NCBI GenBank assembly: GCA_965228875.1
Contig: OZ245843.1
Span: forward strand, 664,616 to 728,615
Source of the DNA: Thalassobaculaceae bacterium
GTDB taxonomy: Bacteria; Pseudomonadota; Alphaproteobacteria; Thalassobaculales; Thalassobaculaceae
Reading direction: 5' to 3'
Length of the DNA: 64,000 bases
A program made the translations under genes and the position numbers. Below the pieces are notes generated by a model, which was given only the letters and a program-made list of their open reading frames with translations, had not been told where the DNA came from and searched no databases. Position 1 is the stretch's first letter. Every line of letters begins with the position of its first letter. This document shows positions 48,468 to 58,287 of this stretch, piece by piece.

Positions 48468-49118
48468 ATGGAGCTGACAACCGAGACGCGATCCATCGAT
48501 CCGCCGCAGAGTCACGAGGACGTCCTGGGGGTGATTCTCGCCGGGGGTCTTGCGCGCCGCATGGGCGGCGGCGACAAGTCGCTGATCCCGCTTGGCGGGC
48601 GGTCGCTCCTGTCCCGAGTGATCGACCGGATGGAGGCGCAGGTCGGCGGGCTCGTGCTGAACGCAAACGGCGATCCGGACCGGTTCTCCGGGTATCGGAT
48701 GCCGGTGATCGCCGACACTCTTGCCGGGCAGCAAGGGCCGCTCGCCGGGATTCTCGCCGGGTTGGAGCATGCGGCGGCTGGCGGGTGGTGTTGGATCGCC
48801 ACGGTTCCGGTGGACACACCCTATCTGCCGCGCGATCTGGTCGACCGCCTGATCTCGGCGCTGCGCGGCGACGGGGCGGAGATCGCCTGTGCGTCGTCCG
48901 GCGGGCGGGTGCACCCTGTCGTCGGCCTCTGGCCGGTCTCGCTGGCCGACGGCCTGCGGGTCGCGGTGAGCGAAGCGGGTCTGCGCCGGGCGGGCGTATT
49001 CGCGGAGAGCCGGCGCCGGGCCATCGCCACCTGGCCGGTGGAGCCGTACGATCCGTTTCTCAATCTGAACTCACCGTCGGACCTGTTCGAGGTGGAGCAC
49101 GGCATGTCCGTTGACTAG
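48468..49118 (+). CDS. mobA: Molybdenum cofactor guanylyltransferase
   Basis: ILAGGLARRMGGGDK, GPLAGILAG, PVDTP, HPVVGLW, FLNLNSP. Confidence 0.93.
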   Translation: MELTTETRSIDPPQSHEDVLGVILAGGLARRMGGGDKSLIPLGGRSLLSRVIDRMEAQVGGLVLNANGDPDRFSGYRMPVIADTLAGQQGPLAGILAGLEHAAAGGWCWIATVPVDTPYLPRDLVDRLISALRGDGAEIACASSGGRVHPVVGLWPVSLADGLRVAVSEAGLRRAGVFAESRRRAIATWPVEPYDPFLNLNSPSDLFEVEHGMSVD

Positions 49119-49160
49119 AAGGGCTTGCCCTCCGCAGCGGAATACCGCACCGTTCCGGCC

Positions 49161-49496
49161 ATGACTCGCCCGGCTTCAGCAGTTCTCGCCCTGTGTCTCG
49201 CCCTTGCCGCATGCGGAGAGGAGGAGCCGCCGGGTCCCCCGACCTCGACGGTCCATGTCCGCAACGACAGTTCGACGGAAGCCAATATCCGGATCAAGTT
49301 CTGGGCGAAGGATTTCACGCGGGTGTCGGCCGGTGACAGTGCGGACATCACTTTCGTGAACGAGGACGGCATCAATGCGGTGCAGGTCGAGGCTAAGTCG
49401 CGCAAGCAGTGGGACGACTGCTGGGTGACGATGAACGTCGGCGAGACCCTGGTCGTATTCGACGCCACCGAACGGATCGGTTGCCGCGTGGAGTGA
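49161..49496 (+). CDS. Small lipoprotein of unknown function
   Basis: Lipobox LAAC, Pro-rich tether, beta-rich domain with two further Cys. Confidence 0.75.
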   Translation: MTRPASAVLALCLALAACGEEEPPGPPTSTVHVRNDSSTEANIRIKFWAKDFTRVSAGDSADITFVNEDGINAVQVEAKSRKQWDDCWVTMNVGETLVVFDATERIGCRVE

Positions 49497-49506
49497 GCGC
49501 GGCCGG

Positions 49507-51057
49507 TCACACGATCCTCAGGTCCCGCCTTTCGAACTCGACGAACCCGTCGTCGCCCGCCGGAGCGAAAATCCTGGGCTGGCCATGCGCGGGCGCGCCA
49601 TGCAGGCCGCTTCGCACATCCGCCTCGAACCGGGTGACCGCCGCCGTTACGTGGCGGGCGTCGACCTCCTCGACCCGCACGCCGGCATCCGCCAGGATCG
49701 TCGCGTCCATCATCACCCCGACGCGGCGGTAGTCCTCGGCGGCGGTCAGGGGCCTCCCCGTGTCCAGATCCACCAACCGCTTGAGGACGACGTGGTTGCG
49801 GGCGCCGTAGGGGATCAGGGGGATCGGATACCAGTTCAGGAAGAGGGTCGGCACACCGAACAGCATCGGCACCAGCGACATGCCGGAACTGGTGCCGATG
49901 TGGAACCGCGCATGGGCGGCGAGCGCGATGTCGGCCTCGGGGGATTTGGCGTCCGACAGCGCGTAGTCGAACAGCCCGGTCGCCGGCGTCAGCGGTGTCA
50001 TCGACCGGTCTCCCAGTCGCACCAACGAATAGCCGGCGTCGATCAGTTGGGCGATTGCGCTATGCAGGGAGGCGACCCCGGCATTGCGGAACATCGCCAG
50101 GTCCGGATGCTCCTCACGGTCCTCGCGGACATGGAGGGTCACAAAGGGTCGGTCGGTCGGCAGTCCGGCCGAACGGAGCAGGCGCTCGACCATCCCGGCA
50201 TGGTGCGGTGCCGGCTCGAGCAGTCTACCGGTCGGCGGAGGGCGCCGCGCCAGAATGCGTTCGCAGGCGGAGAAGTGGTCCAGCAATTCGCCGTCGATGA
50301 CTTCCGGAACGGTGCTCAGATGGTTTTCACAGGCGCTCAGGTACGGCGGAACGACTTCGGCGGTGGCGGTCTGAGCCTCGATCAGATCGAGGAACGGCCG
50401 ATTGGCCACCGGTCCGTCCCAGATCCGCAGCCTGTCGTATCCGGCGAGGCCGTGCCTCAAGGCGTAGAGGTGATGGGCGAGCATGGCGAGATGACCGATC
50501 GCGACGCGCCACGACCCGGTCATGACCCGCAGGTCTGTCCCGTAGGTTCCGAGCCGGACTCGCAGCATGAAGCGGGCCAGTTCCCGCGCGCTCTCGACCA
50601 CCGCCTCGGACAGCCCGGCGGTGTTCAAGGCGCGAAGCGTGTAGACCTTGGTGTCGTGGACGGCGGCGGCTTCGGACAGCCGGCCGACCCGCAATCCGGG
50701 CCGCACGGACTGGGCGATATGCCCGGTGAGTGGAGCATCGGCGTCGTACCGGTCCGTCTCCGGATTCCATTGGGTCGTCCCCCGCACGGTCATCAGGGCG
50801 CCGATGGCGCCGGCGAGATGCGGCGCCTGGGTGAAGGTCGATCCGTCGATCGCCGCGATCGACGCCATGTCGAGGTGAGAGGCGGCCTGCGCCATGCGGC
50901 GTACGCACAGGCCGACCGGATGCCGGGTCATTCGCAGGTAGCGCTGTGGCCAGCGTGCGGCGATCGCCGGCTCACGGCCGGTCTCCTCGGCGATCAGCGT
51001 TTCGACCGCGGCGACCGAATTCGGCGTTTGCAGGACCGCGCGGCGGGTCTTGGACAT
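49507..51057 (-). CDS. Putative glycosyltransferase (TIGR04372-like), paralog 2
   Basis: AIGHLA, VTLHVRE, FRNAGV, VRLGD, FDYA, KSPEADIAL, IGTSSGMSLVPMLFGVP. Confidence 0.75.
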   Translation of the reverse strand: MSKTRRAVLQTPNSVAAVETLIAEETGREPAIAARWPQRYLRMTRHPVGLCVRRMAQAASHLDMASIAAIDGSTFTQAPHLAGAIGALMTVRGTTQWNPETDRYDADAPLTGHIAQSVRPGLRVGRLSEAAAVHDTKVYTLRALNTAGLSEAVVESARELARFMLRVRLGTYGTDLRVMTGSWRVAIGHLAMLAHHLYALRHGLAGYDRLRIWDGPVANRPFLDLIEAQTATAEVVPPYLSACENHLSTVPEVIDGELLDHFSACERILARRPPPTGRLLEPAPHHAGMVERLLRSAGLPTDRPFVTLHVREDREEHPDLAMFRNAGVASLHSAIAQLIDAGYSLVRLGDRSMTPLTPATGLFDYALSDAKSPEADIALAAHARFHIGTSSGMSLVPMLFGVPTLFLNWYPIPLIPYGARNHVVLKRLVDLDTGRPLTAAEDYRRVGVMMDATILADAGVRVEEVDARHVTAAVTRFEADVRSGLHGAPAHGQPRIFAPAGDDGFVEFERRDLRIV

Positions 51058-51135
51058 CTGAGTTCGAAACCGTGTGAGGGGTAGGTGTCGCTGCCGGTGT
51101 CGCATCTCGTCGGTCTGAGTTCAACGTCGCGCGTG

Positions 51136-52677
51136 TCAGAGTACGCGCAGCGCGTCGCGGGCGACCGGTCGCAGACCGGTCTCCGTCGGGATGAAGACGC
51201 CGGGGTCTCCGGTCGGCGATCCGCGCGTGGCGTCGGCCGACAGCACGAAGTCCCGTACGGCGGCGCCGAGATGGTCCTCCGTCAGATCCGTCAGCCGCAC
51301 GCCGGCATCGGCGAGCACGCCCGGATCGATCAGGGCGCCGAACCGCCGGTGGTCGGCCTCGGTGTCGAGAAGCCGGCCGGTGGCGCGATCGACGAGGCCC
51401 TTCAGGACGACACGATGCGACGCCCCATGCGGGATCAGGTGAACCGGATACCAGTCGGCGAACAGAGTCGGGACACCGAACAGCATCGGCACCAGAGACA
51501 GACCGGAACTGCCGCCGATGTGCAGGTGGGATATGGCCGCCAGGGCGACGTCCATCGCCGGGGACTTCAGCGTTGAATGGGCATAGTCGAACACTCCCGG
51601 CAGCTCCGGCACGCGCGGCATCGACGGATTGCCCATGCGAACCACGGCGTAGCCGGCCGCCGCCAGCTCTCTCAGCGCCGGAGTCAGGCGCCGGATATCG
51701 GCATTGCGGATCGCGCCGGCCGGGCTGACGTCGGTCGATGTCGCGCGGACATGCACGGTCACCACCCGGCTCTCGGACGGAAGACCGGCGTCGCGCAGGA
51801 GGGCGCCCACCGCTTCCGCATCGCCGGCGAGGGGACGGAGGAGCGCCCCCCGCTCGGGAGGCGCCTGGCGCAGCACGTGATCGTAGGCGTCGAAGTGGTT
51901 GCGGAACCGACCGCCGACCAGTTCGGGGATCAGGCTGAGATGGTTCTCCGCCAGTGCGAGGCCCGGCGCCACCATCTCGATGCCGCCGATCTGGGCGGCG
52001 ATGCGCTCCAGCAGCGGACGGTTGGCGATGCGCTCGGTCCAGACCTGCAGCGGGGCGCCGTCGAACAGGCCGGCACGCGCGCCGTGGGCCAGATGCGCCA
52101 GCATGGCGAGGTGGCCGATATGCGCGGTCCAGGACCCGGTCAGGGGACGTCGACCGCCGTAGACCCGTCGCCGGACACGGATCCGGAACGAGGCCGTCTT
52201 CACGGCGAAGTCGCGTGTCTGCTCGATCAGTCCGGCACGATGGAGTGCGCCCATCACATGGGTGCGGATCTGCAGGACCTGGGCCGCTTCGGACAGGACG
52301 GAAACGGCGGGGTCGATGGCGGCGGCGGCGCGCAGGCGCTGCGGCCAGGGAGCGGCGTTGTCGTAGCGTCGTGCGCCTGTTTCGGCGCCCCGCGCCTCGG
52401 CAAGATGGATGACGGCGCCGACAATGCCGGCGGTGGTGTCGTCGCGCAGCGGCCCGTCGATCGCCAGCAGCGAGGCACGGTCGAGGGTCTCCGCCGAGAG
52501 CAGGGCCCGGCGCAGTGTCACGGCGTCGATCGGCTTTCCGAGCCGCAGGCGGCGGTGGAACCAGCCGGCGGCTCGCTGCGACGCGTCCGGCCCCGGCGTC
52601 CGCAGGTACGCGTCCCAGGCGTCCGCGCCGCCCGGATCGGCGATGGGGCCCCTACGCGGATCCGGCACGGCGGCCAT
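51136..52677 (-). CDS. Putative glycosyltransferase (TIGR04372-like), paralog 1
   Basis: HIGHLA, VTVHVR, IRNADI, VRMGN, FDYA, KSPAMDVAL, IGGSSGLSLVPMLFGVP. Confidence 0.75.
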   Translation of the reverse strand: MAAVPDPRRGPIADPGGADAWDAYLRTPGPDASQRAAGWFHRRLRLGKPIDAVTLRRALLSAETLDRASLLAIDGPLRDDTTAGIVGAVIHLAEARGAETGARRYDNAAPWPQRLRAAAAIDPAVSVLSEAAQVLQIRTHVMGALHRAGLIEQTRDFAVKTASFRIRVRRRVYGGRRPLTGSWTAHIGHLAMLAHLAHGARAGLFDGAPLQVWTERIANRPLLERIAAQIGGIEMVAPGLALAENHLSLIPELVGGRFRNHFDAYDHVLRQAPPERGALLRPLAGDAEAVGALLRDAGLPSESRVVTVHVRATSTDVSPAGAIRNADIRRLTPALRELAAAGYAVVRMGNPSMPRVPELPGVFDYAHSTLKSPAMDVALAAISHLHIGGSSGLSLVPMLFGVPTLFADWYPVHLIPHGASHRVVLKGLVDRATGRLLDTEADHRRFGALIDPGVLADAGVRLTDLTEDHLGAAVRDFVLSADATRGSPTGDPGVFIPTETGLRPVARDALRVL

Positions 52678-52682
52678 GGCGG

Positions 52683-53462
52683 TCAGTCCGAGGGCAGCGT
52701 CCCGTCATAGGGGATCGCCGCTTCCGACACCTCCCAGATCGTCCGCATGGACGGCTTCTCCTGCTCCTCGCGGACATGGCCGACCAGGCCGGCGCACCGG
52801 GTGATCAGGGCGAAGCCGCGCAGGATCTCCGCTGGCACGCCGCAGTCGAGAAGAACCGCCGCGATGGCCCCGGTCGCGTTGATGGTGATGTGCTTGCCGT
52901 AGACCGAATCGATCTCCGCCGACAAGGCCTTGAGGGCGGCGATGTGCCGACCCGACTGTCCGTGCTCCTCGGCGAGCGCGAACAGGCGGATAGGGCGCGG
53001 GTCGTCCGGTTTGTGCATGTGGTGGCCGAACCCGGGCAGGGGCTTGCGGGCGGCCCTGTGCTCCTCCGCCACCCGGCGTGCAGCGGCCTCGACGCCGGCC
53101 GGATCGTCGACGATCTCGAGCAGCAGCTTGGCGTTGCCCTCCATGGTGCCGACGAAGACGCTGCCCACACCCATCAGTCCCGCGGCCACGCCCGCCTGCA
53201 TGGCCTCGGGCGCGCTCGAGTAGATCAGGCGGGTGGCGAGCGCGCTCGGTGTCAGGCCATGCTCCATCAGGGTCACCATGCAGGCGTCGACCATCGCCGT
53301 CTCGGCGGCGCTGGGGACCCGACCGAGCATCTGGAAGACGATCATTTCGGTGAAGCTCAGCTTGCCGATCAACTCGCTGCACAGGCTCTTGTCGCGGATG
53401 AAGATGTCATCGTTGGTGTGGGTGGCGATGCTCGTGGTCGGCGCGGCCTTGGGGGCGCTCAT
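52683..53462 (-). CDS. Citryl-CoA lyase-like protein (citrate synthase fold)
   Basis: LMEHGLTPS, PGFGHHMH, DPR, INATGAIAA, RCAGLVGHVREE. Confidence 0.85.
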   Translation of the reverse strand: MSAPKAAPTTSIATHTNDDIFIRDKSLCSELIGKLSFTEMIVFQMLGRVPSAAETAMVDACMVTLMEHGLTPSALATRLIYSSAPEAMQAGVAAGLMGVGSVFVGTMEGNAKLLLEIVDDPAGVEAAARRVAEEHRAARKPLPGFGHHMHKPDDPRPIRLFALAEEHGQSGRHIAALKALSAEIDSVYGKHITINATGAIAAVLLDCGVPAEILRGFALITRCAGLVGHVREEQEKPSMRTIWEVSEAAIPYDGTLPSD

Positions 53463-53491
53463 CGGTTTCCTCCGGGTCTGGGCGGTCGGGG

Positions 53492-55045
53492 TCAGTCCGC
53501 GGCGTCGAGCCGCTTTTCCAGTTCATGGCGCTGGATCTTTCCCGAGGCGCTGCGCGGGAAGGAGTCCATGTCGATGAAGCGGATGTCCTTGGGCTGCTTG
53601 TAGCCGGCGAGTTCGCGGCGGCAGCGGGCGTAGAGGTCGGCCTCGCTCACGCCGTCATCCCCGTCCCGGCGGGCGACGAAAGCGACCGGCACCTCGCCCC
53701 ATCTGGGGTCGGCCCGGCGGACGACGGCGGCATCGACGACGCGCGGGTCGGCCAGGATCACGCGTTCGATCTCTGCCGGATAGATGTTCTCGCCCCCCGA
53801 TTTGATCAGGTACTTCACCCGGTCGACGAAATCGAGGCTGCCGTCCGGGTTGCGCACGAAGACGTCGCCCATGTGGAACCAGCCGTCGCGGAAGTCGTCG
53901 GCATTGGTCCGGTCGTTGCGCCAGTAGCCGCTGAAGAGAGTGGGGCCGCGCATGGCGAGCTCGCCGGGAGCGCCGTCCGCGACCTCGTCGCCGTCGGCAT
54001 CGACAAGCCGGATCTCGCAGAAGATGCTCTGTTCCTTCGACAGAGTCAGGGGGGCCTCGCCGACCGGAATCAGCGAGGACGAGCAGGGCGGGCAGCCGGT
54101 CTCGGTCGCGCCGAACGTGTTGGCATAGGGAGCGTCGAGCAGCCGGGTGATCCGCGCGATCTCTGCCGGCGGCACCAGGTCCGCCATCACGCCGCATACC
54201 TTGATGCCCTTGGCCGTGATGGCCCGCGCCTCTAGCTCAGCGGCGAAGCCGCCGACCATCCCCGGCATCAGCAGAAGCCAGCCGATCGGCTCCTCCGCGA
54301 CGACCTCGGCGAGATGTCCCTGGTCGAAGCCGTCGACCACGATCACCTTGCCGCCGGCCATCAGGGTGCCGATGGAGTTGTCCGCCGCCCCCATGTGGTA
54401 CATCGGGGACCAAGCGACGAAACTGTCGGCTGCATCGATCGAGAACTCGGCCCGAGTGACCATGTTGCGCACGATCTGCGCCCGGTGACTGATCACCGCC
54501 CCTTTGGGCAGTCCGGTCGTCCCGGAGGTGTAGAGGATCAGCAGCGGTGCCTCGGGGTCGAGGGCCTCAAGCGCCGCCGGGTCTGACGGTTCGGCGGCGG
54601 CCAGCGCGGCCTCGTAGTCGGAGCCGAAGACTAGGCCGCGCGCCTCGTATCCGGAAACCTCGGCCAGGCGTGCGGCGTGGCGCTCCGAGACGAGGACGAG
54701 CGACGGTTCGACCAGGTCGAGACAGTGCTTGAGCTCGCCTGCCGACAGCCGCCAGTTCTGACAGGCCAGCACCGTGCCGGTCAGCGCGGCGGCGAGGTAG
54801 GCCTCGAGGTACTCGCCGCGATTCTCCGACAGGATTGCGAACCGGTCGCCGCGGGCGAGGCCGCGCTCTTCCAGAACACCGGCCAGCCGGAGGGCGCGAT
54901 CGGCGAGGGCGCCATAGGTCAGCGTGGCGTCGCGCGTCTGAACCGCGGGACGGGAGGAAAACCGCCGTGCCTGCTGCAGGAACAGTCCGGCAACGGTTGT
55001 TAGGGCACTGCGGGCGATCAGGGTGGAGGCGGTCGGCGAGGTCAT
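53492..55045 (-). CDS. AMP-binding acyl-CoA synthetase
   Basis: YTSGTTGLPKG, FGATE, GWFHMGD, IKSGGENIYPAEIE, SGKIQR. Confidence 0.92.
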   Translation of the reverse strand: MTSPTASTLIARSALTTVAGLFLQQARRFSSRPAVQTRDATLTYGALADRALRLAGVLEERGLARGDRFAILSENRGEYLEAYLAAALTGTVLACQNWRLSAGELKHCLDLVEPSLVLVSERHAARLAEVSGYEARGLVFGSDYEAALAAAEPSDPAALEALDPEAPLLILYTSGTTGLPKGAVISHRAQIVRNMVTRAEFSIDAADSFVAWSPMYHMGAADNSIGTLMAGGKVIVVDGFDQGHLAEVVAEEPIGWLLLMPGMVGGFAAELEARAITAKGIKVCGVMADLVPPAEIARITRLLDAPYANTFGATETGCPPCSSSLIPVGEAPLTLSKEQSIFCEIRLVDADGDEVADGAPGELAMRGPTLFSGYWRNDRTNADDFRDGWFHMGDVFVRNPDGSLDFVDRVKYLIKSGGENIYPAEIERVILADPRVVDAAVVRRADPRWGEVPVAFVARRDGDDGVSEADLYARCRRELAGYKQPKDIRFIDMDSFPRSASGKIQRHELEKRLDAAD

Positions 55046-55121
55046 GGTTTGGAAACCGTAGCGCCTTCCGCCTCCTGATCAAGCAGTCGTTATCGGCTGC
55101 ATCCTAATCCAGGAGGCGGCA

Positions 55122-55835
55122 TCAGGCTCCCATGCCGCCGTCGATCGTGTGCATGGCGCCGGTCACGTAGCCGGCTTCGGGTCCCACCAGATAGGCGACC
55201 ATGCCGGCGACTTCCGCCGTCGTGCCATAGCGCTTGAGGGCGAGCATCGGTTTGATCATCTCGCTCATCGGCCCGTCGGCCGGGTTCATGTCGGTGTCGA
55301 TCGGGCCGGGCTGGACCACGTTCACGGTGATTTCCCGGGGGCCAAGGTCATGGGCCAGACCGCGCGCCATGCTCTGCAGGGCGGATTTGGTCATGCCGTA
55401 GGCGGCCGCTCCGGCAAAGGGTACGCGGTCACCATTAACCGAGCCGATGACCACGATGCGCCCGCCGTCGACCATGGTTTTCGCCGCTTCTACCGAGGCG
55501 TGGTAGGGGCTGCGGATGTTGATGTCGATCATCCGGTCGACCTGGTCCGGGTCCATGTCGGTCGGGTCGCCGATCATGGCGACGCCGGCACTGACGACGA
55601 GGATGTCGAGCGGACCGGCCTCGCGGACGGTGCGCTGGGTGGCGTCCCGGCTGGCGCTGTCGGACTGGACGGCCTTGGCGCCGGTCTCCTTGGCGAGGGC
55701 CTGGGCCGCCTCGGCAGAACCGGAATAGGTGAAGGTCACGTCGGCACCGTCTTTGACCAGCCGGCGGACGGTAGCGGCGCCGATGCCGCGGCTTCCGCCG
55801 AGAACGAGGGTACGCTTCTGGGCTAGGATGGACAT
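55122..55835 (-). CDS. bdcA: SDR oxidoreductase, BdcA-like
   Basis: 237 aa; LGGSRGIGAA, PYHASVEAA, IGSVNGDR, NVVQPGPIDTD, VTGAMHTIDG match E. coli BdcA as I recall it; divergent TetR gene. Confidence 0.8.
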   Translation of the reverse strand: MSILAQKRTLVLGGSRGIGAATVRRLVKDGADVTFTYSGSAEAAQALAKETGAKAVQSDSASRDATQRTVREAGPLDILVVSAGVAMIGDPTDMDPDQVDRMIDINIRSPYHASVEAAKTMVDGGRIVVIGSVNGDRVPFAGAAAYGMTKSALQSMARGLAHDLGPREITVNVVQPGPIDTDMNPADGPMSEMIKPMLALKRYGTTAEVAGMVAYLVGPEAGYVTGAMHTIDGGMGA

Positions 55836-55855
55836 CTGCGGTCTCCTTGATGAAA

Positions 55856-55924
55856 TATGAAGTGACCGCTATATAAATATGCGGATCGGGCGATCAAGGA
55901 TATTTTGTAGTGACCGATACAAAA
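55856..55924. promoter_or_regulatory. Two TetR operator copies
   Basis: TATGAAGTGACCGCTATATA (55856) and TTTGTAGTGACCGATACAAA (55904); the second is palindromic and overlaps the TetR start codon. Confidence 0.7.
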
Positions 55925-56491
55925 AAATCCAACGGCCGAGGGAGGCCGCGCCGTTTCGACGAAGCCGCCGCGGTGCAAACCGCCGAGACGCTGTTCCACC
56001 AGCGCGGCTATGACGGTGTGGGCGTCGCCGAACTGGGAGCCGCGATCGGCATCGGCGCGCCCAGCCTGTATGCCGCCTTCGGCAGCAAGCTCGGCCTGTT
56101 CGAGCGGGCCGTCTCCGCCTACGAGGACGAATATGGCGGTATTCTGGCGGAGGTCCTGCAGCGCGAGGGACCGGTCGCGGACGTGCTGCCGCTCTACCTG
56201 GAGGAGGCGGCCAGGTTCTTCTCCCGACCGGGGGAGCCCTGCGGCTGCATGGTGCTCAGCGGTACCTGGAACAGCGGCGATACCGAGGCGGTGGCGCTAA
56301 CGGCCCGGCTGAAGCGCGCGAGCCGGGAGCGGATCCGCGACCGTATCGCCCGGGAACGGCCCCAGGATGCCGAGCGGCTGGCGGACCTCACCGTCAGCGT
56401 GATGTCCGGCCTGTCGGCCATGGCGAGGGAGGGTGTGGAGCGCGAGCGGCTGTTGGCCGCCGCCCGGGCCGCCGCTCCAGCCTACGCCTGA
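55910..56491 (+). CDS. TetR-family regulator, BdcR-like
   Basis: RGRPRRFD, GYDGVGVAEL, PSLYAAFGSKLGLF. Confidence 0.9.
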   Translation: MTDTKKSNGRGRPRRFDEAAAVQTAETLFHQRGYDGVGVAELGAAIGIGAPSLYAAFGSKLGLFERAVSAYEDEYGGILAEVLQREGPVADVLPLYLEEAARFFSRPGEPCGCMVLSGTWNSGDTEAVALTARLKRASRERIRDRIARERPQDAERLADLTVSVMSGLSAMAREGVERERLLAAARAAAPAYA

Positions 56492-57219
56492 GAGGCGGCC
56501 ACGGTCACCGATCTGCCGAAGCGCTTGAGCGCCTTGGCACCGGCCCCTTCCATAACCGCGGTGAAGGCCGCGTCCGGCTCGGTCACCACGAACCCGGCCA
56601 AGCGGTGGACCGGACCCGCGAGCAGGGCGGGGCACAGGGGCACCGACGGGCCGACGATGGAGACCTTCGTCTCGGAGGAAACGGCGGCGAGGATATCGCC
56701 GGCCGTGCCGTTCACCAGAGTGGACGCCGTCATCACCACCGCTTTTGCCGTCGCCAGCACCGGGCCGGCATCGCGATAGGCAACCTCGCCCGGGCGCGGG
56801 TCGAACTCTACCACCGTGGCACCGGGGAACTTCACGTCCAGGCCGGGGAAGCGGCCGATGATGACGGTACGCGCCAGCTCTTCGCGCCGGCCGGTCGGGT
56901 CCTGCGCCCAAGCCGTCAGCCCCTCGCCCTCCTGCTGTCCGGCGGCGGGTCGATTCCAGAAGGCGTTGAGGGCGGCGACGCCGATGGAGCGCTCATAGGG
57001 ATTGTCGCTTAGGCAGAGCGCGGCAAGACCCGCGAGCGTATCCTCGCCATAGCTCCCGGTCCTGTCGGTCGTGTGCGCGCCCGCGACCGTCCGCGGCGAC
57101 CAGGCGAGGCCGAGACCGTCGGCGGTTTGTACGGCGGTCCAGTTGTAGCCGACAACGACGCGTCGAACCTGCGTCGCGGCGACTGCGCCGATCGCGGGGC
57201 GCAGCAGATCGTTGGCCAT
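56482..57219 (-). CDS. DUF364/DUF4213 Rossmann-like domain protein
   Basis: SIGVAALNA, IIGRFP, MTASTLVNGT, VGPSVPL. Confidence 0.8.
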   Translation of the reverse strand: MANDLLRPAIGAVAATQVRRVVVGYNWTAVQTADGLGLAWSPRTVAGAHTTDRTGSYGEDTLAGLAALCLSDNPYERSIGVAALNAFWNRPAAGQQEGEGLTAWAQDPTGRREELARTVIIGRFPGLDVKFPGATVVEFDPRPGEVAYRDAGPVLATAKAVVMTASTLVNGTAGDILAAVSSETKVSIVGPSVPLCPALLAGPVHRLAGFVVTEPDAAFTAVMEGAGAKALKRFGRSVTVAASQA

Positions 57220-57230
57220 GGATTGGCGTC

Positions 57231-57413
57231 TCAGTGAGAGCGGGCGAGATCGTCCGCCGAAAGGAGCAGCGCGCGGTCGGTGTTGATCAGCTGCTTGCCG
57301 GCGTGTTCGAAATTGACGGTGACGCGCGAGCCGACGACCGACTGGATCTGGCCAAGCCCCCAATCGGGACGGCCCTCCAACCGGACGTATCCACCAGGAC
57401 TGAGGAAGTTCAT
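57231..57413 (-). CDS. DUF3553-like small protein
   Basis: PDWGLGQIQSVVGSRVTVNFEHAGK; commonly next to chpT. Confidence 0.85.
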   Translation of the reverse strand: MNFLSPGGYVRLEGRPDWGLGQIQSVVGSRVTVNFEHAGKQLINTDRALLLSADDLARSH

Positions 57414-57472
57414 GCCGCTCTCCGATGCCCTGAATCCGACGATGCGAGACTATCAGATAAACCATACCGGCA

Positions 57473-57487
57473 TTAACGAATCATTGA
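57473..57487 (+). promoter_or_regulatory. Near-consensus CtrA box upstream of chpT
   Basis: TTAA-CGAATCA-TTGA. Confidence 0.55.
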
Positions 57488-57535
57488 AGCGCATAGGGTC
57501 ATGTTAGTTTCCGACCAGCAATCGAGGAGCCCCCC

Positions 57536-58144
57536 TTGTCCATTTCCCCGAGCCATCTGGATCTGCTTCTGTCCCGACTGTTCCACGACCTGATCGGGCC
57601 GGTTTCCGCGTCGCGGAACGGGTTGGAACTGGTGCGGGAATTCGGAGCCGAGGACGTCGGCGCCGAAGCGATGGATCTCGTCGCGACCTCCGTCGATCAG
57701 GCTGCGGCGCGGTTGACGTTCTTCCGGATGGCGTTCGGCGGCGCCGGGAGCGGTGGGGGAATCGGCTTCCTCGATGCCAAGCCGGTCCTTGAAGACTACC
57801 TCACCCATCGCAAGGTCCAGGCGCGCGTGACGGTCGCCGACGCGGTGGACAAGCCGCGGCCCGGGGTCGTGAAGGTCATGCTCGGCCTTGCGGTGGTCGC
57901 GGCGGAGGCTTTGCCGCGCGGCGGTGCGGTATCGGTGTCGGTGACGCCCGGCGAGATCCGCATCGCGGCGGAGGGGAGCGATGCGACGCTGACGGACACC
58001 GCCGTGCGGGCGCTCGCCGGCGAACTGGCGCCGGACAACGAGGTTGTGGTGATTCCGGCCACGGTGGGCCTGTCGGCGCGACGGTTCGAGATCGGTTTCG
58101 AGGTCACGCAGACGGCGCCGCCGTGTTTCACCATGGCGCTCTAA
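57536..58144 (+). CDS. chpT: Histidine phosphotransferase ChpT
   Basis: SRLFHDLIGPVSASRNGLEL, ARLTFFRMAFG, ALPRGG; near ctrA; TTG start after GAGGAG. Confidence 0.9.
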   Translation: MSISPSHLDLLLSRLFHDLIGPVSASRNGLELVREFGAEDVGAEAMDLVATSVDQAAARLTFFRMAFGGAGSGGGIGFLDAKPVLEDYLTHRKVQARVTVADAVDKPRPGVVKVMLGLAVVAAEALPRGGAVSVSVTPGEIRIAAEGSDATLTDTAVRALAGELAPDNEVVVIPATVGLSARRFEIGFEVTQTAPPCFTMAL

Positions 58145-58287
58145 AGTGGGCGGGTCCGCAACCGTGCATGGCTCTTGTGTCGAGGTCGTATTCGCGCGAG
58201 AACGTTCATCATCGAGCGCGGGGGACGGCAACCCGGCGGCTTGCAGCATGATGGCAACCGGACCATCGGGTCCGAACACGGACGGTC

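Noticed and set aside
58145..58287. cheA pseudogene remnant
   Set aside because: No kinase, CheW-like or receiver motifs recognisable in the translated frames.
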